DNA of 64,000 nucleotides from Podospora anserina (Eukaryota): NCBI GenBank assembly GCA_017654855.1, contig CM030335.1, positions 2,418,001 to 2,482,000 of the forward strand, read 5' to 3'. Shown piece by piece: positions 60,000 to 64,000 of this stretch (position 1 is its first letter; each line of letters starts with the position of its first letter). The notes under the pieces were generated by a model. It saw only the letters and a program-made list of their open reading frames with translations, ran no database searches and was not told where the DNA came from. The position numbers and the translations under genes were made by a program.

Positions 60000-60361
60000 A
60001 ACCACCCACCACATAGACAAAAGACAAGCATTATGGCTTGTCTACAATGATGAACATGTATCTACGATACCCACATCACAGCCACCAATCCAACTCGATA
60101 ATAATATTCGACATATTCATATTGTATATACTTCTGTCCATACCCCCAAACAAAATAAAATACATGAGAATAAGTAATATATACTTTGTCCAAGACACAA
60201 AAGCAAAACCCAAACTCCCATCCCAATCCAACAATGATGTGTGTGTATCCTTCAAACCACCAAGCGAAAAAAAGTAGCAACAAAACTAAACTCCCTTCGC
60301 CTCATCTCTTCATCTCTCATCCCTCATCCCTCACATCTCACATTCTCTTCCATCCCATCAC

Positions 60362-63341
60362 TCACAACCCCCCAAGCGCCGCACAATAAGCCAGATACCA
60401 AGTCAAACTCGCCCCCCCGTCCAACCACTCCCCCTTAAACTCCCCTCCCCTTCCTCCCCCGCTAAAAAAGTCATACCCCCCCCTCGGATCAATCGTCCCA
60501 TAATTCCCCATCAAAATCCCCTTCCACCCCCCAGTGACTTGCTCCGCCCTCCCTCCCGAAAAGTACGCATCCCACTCCTCCCTCACAAACTCCTTCCTCC
60601 TCACCATGGGCGTATGCGGCAACAGAGGCAGCATGTGAATCCCCTGCACATACTCAATATTCGTCCCAAAATACGTCGTGTGGTCCACCTTGTTCTCAAA
60701 CAAAATCCCCGCAACCTTGTTCCCAATAAAATTCTTCGGCTGCACCGTGTTGCTCTCGGTGTACAGGTAGTACGAGTTCAGCGACCTCGCCTGCACAGCC
60801 AGCATCAGATTCCCCCTCGCCGCCAGGTTCTGGTCGCCGCTCACCGTCCCCCACATCTTGAGCGCGTACGACGCCATCGTGTCCTCCGAGCTCGACTCCT
60901 GGTCCTTGCCGTCGAGCGTGTCGAACAGCCCGTGGGCCCAGCTGTGGCCGTGGTACCAGTCAAAGTTCCTCCACACGGGGAAGTACTGGTCCGCCGCGCT
61001 CGGGTTGGCCACGTCCCGGACCAGCATGTTGACGTAGGCCTTGTTGGCCGGGATCCAGGAAGGATCGAGATGTCCGATGATCGCGGCGGTGAGGATGAAG
61101 TACCCGTAGTGGAAGTGGTGGTCGTTGTAGTAGGAGTTGCCAAAGTCGGCGCCAGAGTTGCCCGTGACGTAGCTCGCCGAAGAGACGACGCCTCCCCAAC
61201 CGCCCTCGTACACAAGCGGGAACTGCTGCCTGTTCTCGGCGAACCGCGCGAACGCCTGCTTGAGCTGGTTCAGCGCCGTCAACGCCAGCGCCTCGTCACC
61301 AAGCATGTCCCGAATAACCAAGATGATGCTAGCAAACTTGGCCAACGCCTATTTCACCCGTTAGCACCCCTTCCTCTTCACCAGCCAGTATCGAAAAGAA
61401 GAAGAAGGGAAAAAAAACTAAAAAAAAACTCACCTTCCCACTGAAATACATCGAATTCTGATCGCTCTGCTGCAGCATATCTTGGCTCACCTCCTGCAAC
61501 GCAACCCCCTTCACAAAACTCCTCACCCCCTCGCTCAACCCCTTTACCTCCCCCGCCTCGGGGCTCCAAGGCAAAAACCCAATCCCCGTCGGCAGCTCCG
61601 TCTCCACCATGGTCCAGCTGTCCGCCAGCACCAGATACGCCACCCCCTTCGTCGGCGTCTGCAGCTTCACCCCCGTCACCTTCCCCCTCGTCCCATCATC
61701 AAAAGAACTCAGATGATGCGGCAGCGCAAACTGCGCGACAGGACTCTGATACATCCCCTGCTTCCTAAACCCAAACCGATACGTCCCCGTCTTCCCATTC
61801 ACCCCCCCGCTCAGGTCAACCCCCACCGCATACGTCCCACAAGCCTGGTCGTAAACCTTTTCCGACTCCCCATCGCTCGCCTTAGCAACCTGAACGATGC
61901 CATAAAACGGCCCCGTCGACTCCGCCCTTCCATTGTTCACAACCTGCAAGTTCAACCCCTCCCCTTTCGTGTGATAAGCATACACCAACCACGTCGTCCC
62001 GTCCTCCAAATGCAGTCTATACTTGACCACCCCCTCCTTCGCCTCCTTGGACGCCCTCGTCACGGTCTTGAAGAAAATCCCCGTCTGAACCACCGGCTGG
62101 CCCCCGTTGTACACCCCCGTCACGAACCCCGCCCCCTGAACCAGCGGGAACTGGATCACCGCCTGGCCCCCCTCTCGCGCCCTCAAGCTCACCAGGCTCG
62201 AAAAGTCCGTCAGGTTGTCACTAGTCAACACCGTCCCCGGCCCGAGCTCCTTCGCGCTCAAGCACACCGAGTGGATCCCAATAGGATTGATGTAATACCT
62301 CGCCGCTCCCGAACCAGGGTCGTTCTGCCCGTACACCCTCTGGTTAGCATCGACATGCGAAATGGCCATGCCCCACGTCCCCGAGGCACCACCTCCCCTC
62401 GCCCAGGTGACACTGTAGGGAAACAGGTAACTGGGCGAGGTCTGATTCCCCAAGAAGAAATTATTGTAAAACTTGTTCGTCCCAATGGGACCAGCCGACT
62501 TGATGCCGATCCTAGGGGCGGGGTGGTCCTTCCTCTGGGGGATCTGAGACGGGGGCGGGTCCGTAGAAATCGGCGCCGCGAAAATATTGGGGACAATCAT
62601 GCTGACTGTTTCCGAGGGCGCGAACGGCTGATCGGTCGGAACCGAAGCCGTGGCAGAGATGAGCTCTGTCGGAGACGGGATAGGGGAAGTGATAAGCGGT
62701 TGAGAGGTAGGATACCCGCTCGACGGAGCGTCGGTAGGAATGGTGCCCGTGTTGGTCGACTCGATAGGAACGTCCGTGGGCAGGATCTGAAGCGTTCCCG
62801 AGGGGTTGACACTGGTGATAACACTGACAGTGTTGGTGTCACCGAGGTCAGTTGTCGATGTTGGTTGCGTGCTGCTAGTAGGAGAAGCTGGCTGTGTGAC
62901 AACCTCAGGGGTTGGTGTCACTTCAGGGGCGACCTCGCCCGAGCCGGTGCTGCTGGCAGGTTGTTGACCAGAAGCGGGACTCGTCTCGTCCGAAAAGAGA
63001 GTCGTGTCCCCGTCAGGACTCTCCTCGGAAACGGCCTGGATAGTCTGCTCCGCCTCCGACCCCGAATCAGAACGTGTGCTGATGATGACCGAAGGACGTT
63101 CCGTTGTCCACCCAGGCGATCCAAAGAGGATAGAGTGGCTCCTCTTGCTGGCGGTAGAAGAGCTCGAATCTCCTGCCACCGCCACGCAAGCACCAGTAGC
63201 AGCTGCCGGTTGACCCTGAGCAGTGACGGTAACCGTCCTCCAGATCGGGAACCAAGGTCGTGGGTACTTCCGGCCGTCTGGTGGTGGGACAGCTAGGACG
63301 ACCTGAAGTAAGGTCAGCCACGCGAACAAAAAAAACCTCAT
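60362..63341 (-). CDS. GH81 endo-1,3-beta-glucanase (Eng1/Acf2-type), ~964 aa; intron 61433-61349
   Basis: Signal peptide and S/T/P linker; TNKFY.NF; SMYFSGK|ALAKFA; DFGNSYYNDHHFHYGY; WYHGHSWA.G; DGKDQESSSED; GIHMLP. Confidence 0.94.
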
Positions 63342-64000
63342 CTTGGTGGTATCCATCCGCTCCACCATCGGTTGTGAATGAATGGAGATGTCGGATATGT
63401 TGGTAAAAAGAGAGAGGGAAAGAAAAGGAAATAGCCCTCGAAAAAGCCAGTGGTGGTTGACAGCAGAGTCCCAACCTGGCTATAAATGATGGAGAAAACA
63501 AAAAGTAGCAGTAATAATAATAACAAGGATGCTTTCCCGTCTGGAAAAGATGTCTTCCATGTGCGTCACTTGGGCTGGAAGACCCAAAACAAGAAATAGT
63601 AACAGGCGGTCTCTCCGTCACTGGTATGTACAGAGAGAGACAGATATGATACAAGCGAGATGATGTGATGATGGTGCGGGATAGTGAGTGTGCTGTCTTT
63701 GTGGAGGAGGACCCAGAAAAAAAAAATGAGACATTGGACCTCATACCTATTCGTTATATATATATATGGAGTCTCTATGTTTGCGTGTTGTCGTTGAACT
63801 GTGAGGCTGGAATGCTGAACCGAGAGTCAACGGAATGGCTGGGAGGCAAGGTCCTGGGTTTCAGCTGGCCAGCGAGACAGCTCTAGAAGGGCGAGAATGA
63901 CTCGATTCAGAAGGATGAGGGCGTCGTGGGCGGTTGTAGATGATGAAATTCGAGTGATCCAGGTATTTCGAGGGTTTTAGGTGGCGCTGTGGGAGGTGGC

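Noticed and set aside
61482..63296. 604-aa plus-strand ORF and other long antisense ORFs (14423, 23108, 26766, 58097, 60539)
   Set aside because: Shadow frames of GC-rich real genes on the opposite strand; no recognisable motifs.

Overview
Eukaryotic, intron-containing filamentous-ascomycete DNA (Sordariomycete; Podospora/Neurospora-like by gene content, intron style and microsatellites, which is an inference). About 24 protein-coding genes were reconstructed by hand; every spliced model has GT..AG introns and a total length divisible by 3. They include the DBP9 3' end, an FLVCR-like MFS, QCR6, a WBP2-like gene, a formin-GBD-only protein, APD1-like, RAD10, a GH47 mannosidase, ERG27, an OB-fold protein, two Zn2Cys6 factors (one DAL81/TamA-like), a GNAT, an MFSD5-like MFS, RXT2, a DHA2 efflux pump and a GH81 glucanase. 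The 41.5-53 kb segment looks accessory. It holds a secreted Cys-rich protein with a catalytically altered PLA2-like module, a solo LTR with a near-perfect TSD sitting 45 bp from a 5S rRNA pseudogene, a RING gene and tRNA-Arg(UCU). It also holds a spliced Kex2-type small secreted protein resembling MiAMP1/beta-gamma-crystallin antimicrobial peptides (absent from the ORF track) and a frameshifted relic of a Tc-toxin A subunit. Other unexplained structure: a ~39-bp-stem hairpin downstream of ERG27, two decayed paralogous coding fragments 26.6 kb apart, and competing base-pairings in QCR6 intron 2. All family assignments come from motif recognition, not database searches.
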